Shown piece after piece: positions 1 to 9,981 of a stretch of DNA of 32,149 nt (its first letter is position 1; each line of letters begins with the position of its first letter). The stretch is from contig NW_021829618.1 of assembly GCF_006345805.1 (NCBI RefSeq), positions 1 to 32,149 on the forward strand, in the 5' to 3' direction. A program made the position numbers and the translations under genes. Source of the DNA: Octopus sinensis (Eukaryota). The notes under the pieces were generated by a model that was not told the DNA's origin, ran no database searches, and was given only the letters and a program-made list of their open reading frames with translations.

Positions 1-98
1 TCGATAGAATAAGTATCAGTTGAGCACTGGTGACGATGTAATTTGTCTGACCCTTTTCGCCATGATTTCAAGCCTTGTGCCGATAGTAGAAAGAAATA
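1..98 (+). mobile_element. Degenerate 3' part of a SINE (family A central domain, older alternative tail), cut by the window edge
   Basis: tcgatagaataagtatcagttgagcactgg...gccttgtgcc matches the central and tail parts of the copies at 8927-9143 and ~11200-11290. Confidence 0.6.
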
Positions 99-111
99 CC
101 ATAGCTTTGCT

Positions 112-259
112 GAAATACCTATTTCTTTTCCAACCCACAAGGGGCTAAACACAGAGAGGACAAACATGGATTAAGTCGATTATATCGACCCCTGTGTGTA
201 ACTGGTACTTATTTAATCGACCCCGAAAGGATGAAAGGCAAAGTCGACCTCGGCGGAAT
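112..259 (-). mobile_element. SINE family A, 5'-truncated copy
   Basis: Reverse complement of the body and tail of the full copy at 8337-8573 (ccgccgaggtcgactttgcctttcatcctttcggggtcga...ccccttgtggg...gaaataggtatttc). Confidence 0.85.
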
Positions 260-825
260 AGCCTTGTGAATGAAACTGCTTTGATGGGAATTTTGTGAAG
301 GTCTGTCGGATAGGGGTGCAACATGTTTTTGTGTGGCAGACTTCATCTGTTACCCGATTTATCATCATTCTCAGACATTCGGGTGCCAAAAGAGGTGTCG
401 GCCTCAAACCAGGAAATAACTCGATGCATTAACATATTACTTCCCAAAATGGTGTAATTCATGACAATGCTCCTTTCTCTCTTTTCCCTTTCACCAGTCT
501 AGGTGGCCTGTATAAAGGACATACAAGACCATAGCCGCCATTTTTGCTTTTCTAAGCTTGGTCTTCTCTTACTCTTCTGACATTTTATCGTCTAGTAAGG
601 AGAAAAAAAAATCAGGAGGAAAGAGCTCTGATTAATAAAAGGGGTGGATGTTAACGCTCAAACTAGGTTTGGTCAAAATGTTTCTAACAGAATGGACCCC
701 GGCTTAGGCAGTAGTGTTTAGCCGAGTAGAGAGATTAAGTTTACCGTGTTCTATCGACCCCACTACTTATTTAAACTCAGTGTACCGATTACAGCTTCTG
801 CTTAATATTATCAGCCGTTCATTGT

Positions 826-828
826 TAT

Positions 829-880
<52 letters not shown>

Positions 881-955
881 ATGTATATGTGTGTATAAAC
901 ACACACCACACGCACACACACACACATATATATGTTATCATATATACATATATAT
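826..955. repeat. (TA)n/(TG)n/(CA)n compound microsatellite
   Basis: Direct reading. Confidence 0.9.
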
Positions 956-1378
956 TCTTTTATTCTTTTACTGTTTTCAGTCATTTGACTGCGGCCATGC
1001 TGGAGCACCGCTTTTAGTCGAGCAAATCGACCCCAGGACTTATTAATTGTAAGCCTAGTATTTATTCTACCTGTCTCTTACGGGGACGTAAACACACCAG
1101 CATCGGTTGTCAAGCGATGGTGGCGGAACAAACACGGACACACACACAGACACACAGACACACACACACAGACACAGACACACACACACACAGACACACA
1201 CACACACACATATACGACGGGCTTATTTAAGTTTCCATATACCAAATCCACTCACAAAGCTTTGGTCAGCTTGAGGCTATAGTAGAAGACACTCACCCAA
1301 GGTGCCACGCAGTAGGACTGAACCAGGAACCATGTGGTTGGTTAGCAAGCTACTTACCACACAGCCACTCCTGCGCCT
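956..1378 (-). mobile_element. SINE family B (tRNA-like head, CORE-like domain, internal (TG)n microsatellite, distinct 3' tail)
   Basis: On - strand: aggcgcaggagtggctgtgtggtaag (A-box-like)...ggttcagtcc (B-box-like), CORE-like gcaccttgggtgagtgtcttc, tail gcggtgctccagcatggccgcagtcaaatgactgaaa; second copy at 2103-2492. Confidence 0.85.
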
Positions 1379-1447
1379 GTATAATATACACATATATACA
1401 TACATACACACACATACACACACACACAAACACAAGCACGCACACAA

Positions 1448-1484
<37 letters not shown>

Positions 1485-1527
1485 GAGAGAGAGAGAGGGA
1501 AAGAGAAAGCGAAAGCGAACTCAATAC

Positions 1528-1584
1528 ATTGATTGATTGATTTTAGTTTCAGCTCATGAGCTGTGGCCATGCTGGGGCACCGCC
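1528..1584 (-). mobile_element. Isolated retroposon 3'-tail fragment with (TCAA)n end
   Basis: ggcggtgccccagcatggccacagctcatgagctgaaactaaaatcaatcaatcaat; related to the family B tail and to fragments at ~1770-1818 and 9544-9584. Confidence 0.7.
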
Positions 1585-1588
1585 ATTT

Positions 1589-1592
1589 AAAA
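1589..1592 (-). terminator. Putative Pol III terminator (T4) downstream of tRNA-Lys
   Basis: TTTT on - strand 8 nt after the tRNA 3' end. Confidence 0.6.
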
Positions 1593-1600
1593 CAATTGTG

Positions 1601-1673
1601 CGCCCGCAGAGGGACTCGAACCCGCGACCCTCAGATTAAAAGTCTGATGCTCTACCGACTGAGCTATGCGGGC
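1601..1673 (-). tRNA. trnK-UUU: tRNA-Lys (anticodon UUU), 73 nt, intronless
   Basis: GCCCGCATAGCTCAGTCGGTAGAGCATCAGACTTTTAATCTGAGGGTCGCGGGTTCGAGTCCCTCTGCGGGCG: 7-bp acceptor stem GCCCGCA/TGCGGGC, D arm GCTC/GAGC, anticodon arm TCAGA-CTTTTAA-TCTGA, T loop TTCGAGT, discriminator G; anticodon at 1638-1640. Confidence 0.95.
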
Positions 1674-2102
1674 ATTAGTCTAAATCTTTTTTTTATTTTC
1701 AATCGATAGGAAATTACTCAATCGCCGATAACTGATAAGTACGTATTTTTGTATGTATATGTATTTTTTTCGTTTGTTTCAATCATTAGACTGCGGCCAT
1801 ACAGGGGCAGCGCCTTGAATATAGAAAGGAATGCTGAAAAGTTTATGTATGTATGTGTGTGTATATGTATGTATGCTCTGGCTAAGATTTTATGCTGCCT
1901 GCAGTAGTGTGATCCAGGTTTCGGGAGTCCTAGAATTTGGAGGAGTGATAAACCCAGTGCTGTTATCAAAACGTCCACCTAGGAGAGGAACACACACATG
2001 TAAAACCTGCTGTTTCGCGTGATTATGGGCCATCTCGCTTCGTCTTGCTACTATTTAATGGTCAAGGGATTTCAGGGACAGAGGTACATGTGTTGTACAA
2101 AA

Positions 2103-2492
2103 GTTAGCTTGCTTACCAACCACATGGTTCCGGGTTCAGTCCCACTGCGTGGCACCTTGGGCAAGTGTCTTCTGCTATAGCCTCGAGCCGACCAAAGCCC
2201 TGTGAGTGGATTTGGAAGACGGAAACTGAAAGAAGCCCGTCGTATATATGTATATATATATATATGCGTGTGTGTGTTTGTGTCTGTGTTTGTCCTCCTA
2301 GCATTGCTTGACATCCGATGCTGGTGTGTTTATGTCCCCGTTACTTAGCGGTTCGGCAAAAGAGACCGATAGAATATCTACTGGGCTTACAAAAGAATAA
2401 GTCCCGGGGTCGATTTGCTCGACTAAAGGCGGTGCTCCAGCTTGGCCGCAGTCAAATGACTGAAACAAGTAAAAGAGTAAAGAGTAAAGAGT
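2103..2492 (+). mobile_element. SINE family B, slightly 5'-truncated
   Basis: Collinear with the reverse complement of 956-1378; CORE-like gcaccttgggcaagtgtcttc, internal (TA)/(TG) tract, tail ending gtaaaagagtaaagagtaaaga. Confidence 0.85.
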
Positions 2493-2769
2493 AATGTATA
2501 GATGTCTCTTTAGGGTGGCCACATTTGTCGCTCCATCTACCGAATGATCCATAGCGATGGTGGACGTGTGGCAACGTGTGAAGACCTAATTACTTGTTGG
2601 AAGCAAGTAACAACTTTCGTCTGTCACCCACGTTTCAAACAATGCGGATCTGCAACGGGACTGAATGGTAGTCATCTGAGAGGTCTTGAGCAGAGAATCT
2701 GAAATGCCATTGGAAATGAAGAAGCACAAGGAGACAGCTATCATCTGTGAAGGTGGAGCATTCACGATC

Positions 2770-3673
2770 TACATACACACACACATACACACATACATAC
2801 ATACATACATACATACATTACATACATACATACACACATACACACATACATGCATACATACATACATACGCACATACATACATACATACATGCATACATA
2901 CATACATATATACATACATACACACATACATGCATACATACATTACATACATACACACATACACACATACATTCATACATACATACATTACATATACACA
3001 TACACACATACATTCATACATACATACATACATACATACGCACATACATACATACATACATACACTCATACATACATACACACATACATACATACACACA
3101 TACATACATACACACATACATACACACATACATACATACATACATACATACATACATACATACATACACACATACATACATACACACATACATACATACA
3201 CACATACATACATACACACATACATACACACACACATACATACACACATACATACATACACACATACATACATACACACATACATACACACATACATACA
3301 TACACACATACATACATACATACATACATACATACATACACACATACATACATACACACATACATACATACACACATACATACACACATACATACATACA
3401 CACATACATACATACACACATACATACACACATACATATATACATACATACATACATACATACATACATACACACATACATACATACACACATACATACA
3501 TACACACATACACACATACATACATACATACATACATACATACACACATACATACATACACACATACATACACACATACATACATACATACATACACACA
3601 TACATACATACATACATACATACATACATACATAATACATACATACATACATACATACATACATACATACATA
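2770..3673. repeat. ~900-bp (CATA)n/(CA)n compound microsatellite
   Basis: Direct reading; source of all HTYI/MYVC ORFs. Confidence 0.95.
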
Positions 3674-3855
3674 CGACGGGATTCCGAACGCTTTCTGTCT
3701 ACCAAATTCCAGTGACAGTATAGCAGTATAATTCATGCTCAAAGCTAGAACTTCTAATTGGTGTTATCGAACCTGTAGAAGTTCTTCACTATATTTAATT
3801 CGCTTTGTCGCTAACGTTGCATGAAAAAACATAATTCGCAGCAACAGAAGTGTCT

Positions 3856-4044
3856 ACACACACAGACACACACACACGTACACACACACACACACGTACA
3901 CACACACACACACGTACACACACACACACGTACACACATACACACACACACACGCACTAAGACAAGTGAAATCCACAGCTAAAAGGTAACTGTCAATAGG
4001 TTTCGTAGTTAAATTGACTGACTTCAATCGACTCGGGCCACAAG

Positions 4045-4100
<56 letters not shown>

Positions 4101-4102
4101 GA
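3856..4102. repeat. (CA)n and (GA)n/(GACA)n microsatellites separated by a short unique spacer
   Basis: Direct reading. Confidence 0.85.
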
Positions 4103-4204
4103 GGTAGGTCGACATACAAACAGAAAGAGGAGTGAGTGAAAGAGAAAGAAAGAATGAAAGATTGAATGAAAAAAAAGAAAGAAAAAAGAGGGGGACCTTA
4201 AGTG

Positions 4205-4310
4205 ATCTTTTAATCTGTTAGAAATAGTAGCCAGTCTCCATTAATTCGCACCCTATTGCTTTAAAGATGGATAAGTATAAAGTGGAAAATGTTATTTTAG
4301 GTTTACTATA
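4205..4310 (+). repeat. Old dispersed repeat fragment (related pieces at ~22035-22100, ~24790-24880, ~25030-25130)
   Basis: Shared motif c/tctgt/ctagaaat..cagcca..tctcc...ccta.tg.ctt.aa in four places, all on +. Confidence 0.45.
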
Positions 4311-4321
4311 TTTGTGATAAA

Positions 4322-4827
4322 TCTATATATATAAAACTGTAGTTGTGTGAGTGTCTGTCCCCTTCGATTTAGATTCCTAACTACTCCCACATTTTGCGGT
4401 GCAGTTTAACCAAATTCGGGTATCTTATAGTCGTGATTCATATCGAGCCCGTCTGAGTATTAGCGCGCGTCTACGATGAGTCTACGATTTTAAAAATAAT
4501 TAACATCATTTTTATTCCATTTTAATGCATAATTTTTCGTGTGTTGATGGCGGCGGAGTTGGCGTCCATGGTCACACCTGCACCTGTTTGCTTCTCCCCT
4601 TCTCCCCCCTCGTGAAGCTGTGGGGAAGGGAGTGTAAGGAAATCAACGTCGTAAAGCGTTGTCAAGGGACCAGCGTTCTTTTAGAACAACGACTTCATGG
4701 CTGAAGACACCAAAACAGAAATGGCTAAGAAAGCCCGAATTGGCATCTATAAGGGAAGTAACTCTCTAAAAATGCTTATATAGTTATTTCCCTTACAAAC
4801 CCGAGCAACGCCGGGCGATACTGCTAG
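4322..4827 (+). mobile_element. Non-autonomous Helitron (506 bp)
   Basis: 5' TC(TATATATATAAAA), 3' CTAG, GC-rich subterminal hairpin cccgagc-aac-gccggg ending 12 nt before the 3' end, inserted between A4321 and T4828 with no TSD; second copy at 23105-23502. Confidence 0.9.
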
Positions 4828-4952
4828 TTAAGATATAAAGTAAATAAATAAATGAGAAATTATAAAATGAAACACAAAGAGAGGGTATAGTGTCAGTTGG
4901 AACAACTTAATTGGTGTGCTCGATCCGACCTGATGGAGGGTTGAACAAGAGC

Positions 4953-5314
4953 ATCAACAACAACAACCACAACAATAACAACAACAACAACACCAACTAT
5001 ATAACAACAACAACATCGACAACAGCAATAGCAATATCAACAATCACAACAACGACAATAACAATATCAACAATAACAACAACACCGACAAGAACAACAA
5101 CATCAACAATAATAACAACAAAAGCATAAACACTAGAACACCACGACGACAACCACTACTACCACAACCACCAACAACAACTACTGCTGCTGCTGCTACT
5201 ACCACTACTACTACTACTACTATTGCTACTACTACTACTACTACTACTACTGCTATTACTGCTGCTGCTGCTACTACTACTACTACTACTACTACCAGCA
5301 GCAGCAACACCACC

Positions 5315-5345
<31 letters not shown>

Positions 5346-5511
5346 TTATTGCTGCTGCTGCTGCTGCTGCTACTACTACTATTACTACTACTACTACTAC
5401 TACTACTACTGCTACTACTGCTGCTGCTACTACTACTACTACTACTACTACTGTTACTACTACTGCTGCTGCTACTACTACTACTACTACTACTACTACT
5501 GCTGCTACTAT

Positions 5512-5558
<47 letters not shown>

Positions 5559-5609
5559 TAATACCAACAACAGCAACACCGGCATAACAACAACGGCACC
5601 GCTACCACC

Positions 5610-5657
<48 letters not shown>

Positions 5658-5671
5658 AACGTCAACAACAA
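4953..5671. repeat. Compound trinucleotide microsatellite (AAC)n/(CTA)n/(CTG)n/(CAC)n
   Basis: Direct reading. Confidence 0.95.
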
Positions 5672-5907
5672 TTTTTCTCAAATCCACTCCTTAAGACAGC
5701 CAAACTTAATGGCGCCGACAAAGATGTTGAGGGTTTATTTTTACGTTTGTTGCTGACGCAGGAACAAATATGGCTGGGTAACATGAACCATAATTCGCTA
5801 AATGTCTCAGGTGCCATTGGAGTGAGTGAGATGTGAGCAGATATAGATACTCGCTCGATTCTTCTACCCGTTTGATCCAGCGGCACATCCGGGATGCGTC
5901 AGCTAGG

Positions 5908-5927
5908 AGATAGACAGACAGACAGAC

Positions 5928-5975
<48 letters not shown>

Positions 5976-5999
5976 GGATGGAGAGAGCGAGAGAGAGAG

Positions 6000-6035
<36 letters not shown>
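5908..6035. repeat. (GACA)n/(GATA)n/(GA)n microsatellite
   Basis: Direct reading. Confidence 0.9.
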
Positions 6036-6036
<1 letters not shown>

Positions 6037-6122
6037 TCTGCAACCAAATGGTGTTCGTTTATAACTGGAACAAAGGGAAATGGTTCTTTCTACTGGAAGC
6101 ACAAAGCCTCGAATTTTGTGGA

Positions 6123-6654
6123 AGGATGGAAGGCAAAGTTGACCTCGGCAGAATTTGAACTCAGAACGTAACGGCAGATAAAATACCTATTTCTTTACTA
6201 CTCACAAGGGGCTAAACATAGAAGGGACAAACAAGGACAGACAAACGGATTAAGTCGATTACATCGACCCCCAGTGCGTAACTGGTACTTAATTTATCGA
6301 CCCCGAAAGGATGAAAGGAAAGTCGACCTCGGCGGAATTTGAACTCAGAACGTAACGGCAGACGAAATACGGATACGCATTTCGCCCGGCGTGCTAACGT
6401 TTCTGCCAGCTCACCGCCTTAAAACAGACGAAATGCCTATTTCTTTACTATCCACAAGGGGCTAAACACAGAGAGGAGAAACAAGGACAGGCAAACGGAT
6501 TAAGTCGATTATAACTGGTACTTATTTGATTGAGCCCGAAAAGATGAAAGGCAAAGTCGACCTCGGCGGAATTTGAACTCAGAACGTAACGGCAGACGAA
6601 ATACGGCTCAGCATTTCGCCCGGCGTGCTAACGATTCTGCCAGCTCGACGCCTT
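6123..6654 (-). mobile_element. SINE family A cluster: two headed copies plus a partial head-less unit in tandem
   Basis: Heads (aaggcg..gagctggcagaa.cgttagcacgccgggcgaaatg) end at ~6420 and ~6654; ctatttctttac junctions at ~6185 and ~6435. Confidence 0.88.
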
Positions 6655-6874
6655 CCAAGATTGTTACTTTATCAAAGACTAAAGTTGACCGTGTCAGAAT
6701 TTGAACTTTGAACGTAAAAGGCCGTAACGAAATACTGTAAGACATCTTGTCTGGCGCAATACGACTAAGATTTATGGTATTTATGTTTTGCTAAAACTTG
6801 CGCTGCTTTGCCCTTTTTGCGATATGTATGACACTGTGTTGGAGCTCTACTCTTGTTAAGTAATAACTATCTCC

Positions 6875-7578
6875 AGTCCTGGGCTGGTTACCCGGTTTCT
6901 ATGGGGTATAAGTGACCGAGATCGCAACATTCCCTCTGCTTAGGATACCAGTTCATCGCAGAGTTTCTCATTCACAGCAGAGTGGAGTAGAATGACTTGA
7001 AATGAAGATTTGCTCAAGAACACAATGCTACGCCCGGTTCGGGAATCAAAACCACGATTTTAGGATCTTTTCGGTTTGAACGGCAGTTTTTAACATAATT
7101 TCTAGGTAACTAAAAAATTTTTTAATTTCGTATACTGGTAGAATGTGTTTATAAAACATCTTTTTCTCTTGGCTTTATTGAGAAAATTCTATAGTTTGTA
7201 AGATATTTGTTGTTTTTTTCTTCAATTTCTGCAATTTCAACCAATCGATGACGTCAATTGAGGTAAAAAAAACATTCTGTGCCGTATGAACATGTCCCTC
7301 GCTTAAGAAACAGATTGGGTTTATTTACATTTGTGAAGAAAAAAAGATACCCTTCCCCCCACCCCTAATCCTAACCCTAACTAACCCTAACTAACCCTAA
7401 CTAATCATAACTAACTCTAACCCTAAAACAGATTGAAATGCAATAGATCGATACTAGGGTCATAATTATGGGTGACAATTTCATATGACACCGCTAGAAA
7501 AAACTGCCGTTCAAACCGAAAAGATCCCGATTTTGTGATCGTGAGTTCTACACCCTAACCGCAAAGTTACGCGCCTTT
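6875..7578 (-). mobile_element. Old tRNA-headed SINE (family C) split by a MITE
   Basis: Removing 7063-7527 restores on - strand aaggcgcgtaact..cggttagggtgtagaactcacgatcacaaaatcgtggttttgattcccgaaccgggcg..gcattgtgttcttgagcaa (tRNA head plus CORE/V-like start). Confidence 0.65.
7063..7527. mobile_element. MITE (465 bp) with perfect 29-bp TIRs and internal telomere-like (CTAACC) repeats; possibly Merlin-type
   Basis: TIR ggatcttttcggtttgaacggcagttttt (7063-7091) / aaaaactgccgttcaaaccgaaaagatcc (7499-7527); flanks cgatttta / cgattttg (TSD of about 7-8 bp). Confidence 0.9.
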
Positions 7579-7794
7579 ACTACTCCATCCTGGCTAATAA
7601 ACGAAACAAAATAGTTTTCAAACAATTATTCGATGGATTCACGATGTTACTGCTGTCTGGTAGATTCGATGTATATATCTCTCCATACATGTAAGCTAGC
7701 TTGTAAACAAACAACGCTTATTTTTACAGGGATCGAACCCTGTCAAGAAACTGGCTCTCGAATTTGATTGGACATTATCTAGAAGAACACGTTT

Positions 7795-7808
7795 TGTGTG
7801 TGTGTGTA

Positions 7809-7856
<48 letters not shown>

Positions 7857-7887
7857 GTGTGTGTGGTGTGTGTGTGTGTGTGTGTGT
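7795..7887. repeat. (TG)n microsatellite
   Basis: Direct reading. Confidence 0.9.
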
Positions 7888-7889
7888 TA

Positions 7890-8660
7890 TACTGGGTGTG
7901 TGACAAGCCTTATCTGAAGGTCTGGCACGACCTTGTAATTCTAACGGGAAGCCCAGATTTGTTTACGCAACATCTTAAACGATTTTCCATCTATTAACCG
8001 TAATATGGTACGTTGATATAGATCCGGTTTTTCTTGTTTTTCTTCTTGTCTTCGTCTCTTTTTCCTCTCTTTCTTTCTTTCTTTCTTTCTTTTTTTCTCC
8101 ATTTCTTACCCTCACACCATTTCTGCCTCTCTTCTTCACTGCTGCTACTCCTGCCGGTGTCCGCCTGGTTGACGCCAAGTGTTCGAGGACTACAGCTATC
8201 TCTGATTCTTTTCACCTGATAAACATTGTAGATGGTTTGCTGTGTCTGTTTGCTCTCTATCATTTTCCTCCTTGTGACATACACTTTTCACAAAACGCAG
8301 GTCATAGATTTGAGCGGACAATATCTCTCCCAAATTGGAAGGCGGCGAGCTGGCAGAAACGTTAGCAGGTCGGGCGAAATGCGTAGCCGTATTTCGTCTG
8401 CCGTTACGTTCTGAGTTCAAATTCCGCAGAGGTCGACTTTGCCTTTCATCCTTTCGGGGTCGATTAAATAAGTACCAGTCACGCAGTGGGGTCGATATAA
8501 TCGACTTAATCCGTTTGTCTGTCCTTGTTTGTCCTCTCTGTGTTTAGCCCCTTGTGAGTAGTGAAGAAATAAGTATCTCTCCCAAATTTTTCCTTTTCAG
8601 AACCTGCTTGTATAGCAAGGTGAATTCGTTCCTTGTTACATGATATTTTAGGCTATGTGC
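7890..8660 (-). pseudogene. Decayed retroelement ORF, probably Penelope-like, interrupted by a SINE
   Basis: Excising the SINE and one TSD joins VTRNEFTLLYKQVLKRKNLGEILSAQIYDLRFVKSVCHKEEN..; downstream RIYINVPYYG**MENRLRCCVNKSGLPVRITRSCQTFR resembles the PY-containing linker between RT and GIY-YIG of PLEs. Confidence 0.4.
8337..8573 (+). mobile_element. SINE family A, full-length monomer with 15-bp TSD
   Basis: A-box-like tggcagaaacg, B-box gagttcaaattc, central gcctttcatcctttcggggtcgat..aagtaccag (Meta/MESC-like from memory); TSD tatctctcccaaatt at 8322-8336 and 8574-8588. Confidence 0.92.
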
Positions 8661-8926
8661 TTATGAAAACTTCCAATAGGAAAACATAGATGTCCTCCGC
8701 TTTTTCTTTCAAATATAGATATCAAATATAGTCTTCCAGTTAACAGATCTCGACCAATAAGAACCAACCTAACTTGTGGCCCTCAAATACATTTTCTTCC
8801 TCAAGCATAGATGTCTTTCTTTACGCCTTTTCTCAAAGATCTGAGTTTTAGCTCATCCCGAAGGGAAAAATGCAGCGAATTTTTAAGCAGGCTTCGAGAA
8901 CTTTTGACATCCAATATCCAACTAAA

Positions 8927-9143
8927 AGGCAGCGAGCAGTCAGAATCATCAGCAGGCTGGGCAAAATGCCTAATGGCATTTCGTCCGTCTTTATGTTCCG
9001 AGTTCGAATTCCGCTGAAGTCAACTTTGCCTTTCATCCTTTCAGAGTCGATAAAATAAGTACCATATAAGCACGGGGGGTCGATGTAATCGACTTATCCC
9101 CTGCCTCGAAATAGTTGGTCTTGTGCCAAACTTTGAAACCGTT
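8927..9143 (+). mobile_element. SINE family A, older subfamily with alternative 3' tail
   Basis: Same head and centre, diverged; tail gacttatcccctgcc...ggtcttgtgccaaactttgaaacc. Confidence 0.8.
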
Positions 9144-9264
9144 ATTGATGTTGAGGGAGGAGGGAGGACCTATCTTTGGAATTGGTCTGATTGACATAGT
9201 CCACAAAAGTTGCTCACAGACTCTCCCTGCTAAGGTGAAATGGAAGGAACTGGTGTAATATCTT

Positions 9265-9515
9265 TATCTTATCGTTTTCTTGTCTCATTCATTGAACTTC
9301 GGCCATGCTAGAGTACCAACATGAACGATTTAGTCGAATAAATAGACCCCGGTACTTATTATTAAAAAAATCAGACCCTTATTCTATCGGACACTTTTCC
9401 GAAACGCTAAGTTACGGGAACGTAAACGGACCAAACCGGTTGTCAAGCAGAGGTGAGGGAGCAAGGACACACACAAATACATAATACGTATATCAGAAAA
9501 CACTTGCCCAAGGTG
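9265..9515 (-). mobile_element. Degenerate SINE family B copy
   Basis: cggccatgctagagtacc, gctaagttacgggaacgtaaac, ggttgtcaagc, acacttgcccaaggtg collinear with 956-1378. Confidence 0.7.
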
Positions 9516-9603
9516 TAACCTACTTATTATTATTTTTTATTTTTTTAGTTTCAGCTCAGAGCTGCAGCCTTGCTGATGCACCGCTTTTTTTTTTTTTTAA
9601 ATT

Positions 9604-9981
9604 TAAACACAGAGAGGACAAACAAGGACAAACAAACGGATTACGTCGATTAGATCGTCCCCAGTGCGTAACTGGTACATATTTAATCGACCCCGAAAGG
9701 ATGAAAGGCAAAATCGACCTCGGCGGAATTTGAACTCAGAACGTAGCGGCAGACGAAATACTTATTTCTTTAGTACCCACAAGGGGCTAAACACAGAGAA
9801 GACAAACGGATTACATCGATTATATCGAGCCCAGTGCGTAACTGGTACTTATTTAATCGACCCCGAAAGGATGAAAGGCAAAGTCGACCTCGGCGGAATT
9901 TGAACTCAGAACGTAGCGGCAGACGAAATACCGCTAAGCATTTCGCCCGGTGTGCTAACATTTCTGCCATCTCGCCGCCTT
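9604..9981 (-). mobile_element. SINE family A dimer
   Basis: One head (ends 9981) plus a head-less second body; junction gacgaaatacttatttcttt at ~9760. Confidence 0.88.

Noticed and set aside
2495-2768. Possible RTE LINE C-terminal remnant
   Set aside because: Too degenerate to support by eye; needs BLASTx
2686-3742. Long ORFs of 200-345 aa (HTYI/MYVC repeats)
   Set aside because: Translations of a stop-free (CATA)n microsatellite, open on both strands
4911-5671. Poly-S/L/T/N ORFs (also poly-D at ~12000, poly-N at ~20500, poly-H/D at ~31100)
   Set aside because: Trinucleotide microsatellites with no flanking coding signal
7362-7426. True telomere or chromosome-fusion scar
   Set aside because: Short, degenerate and enclosed within MITE TIRs
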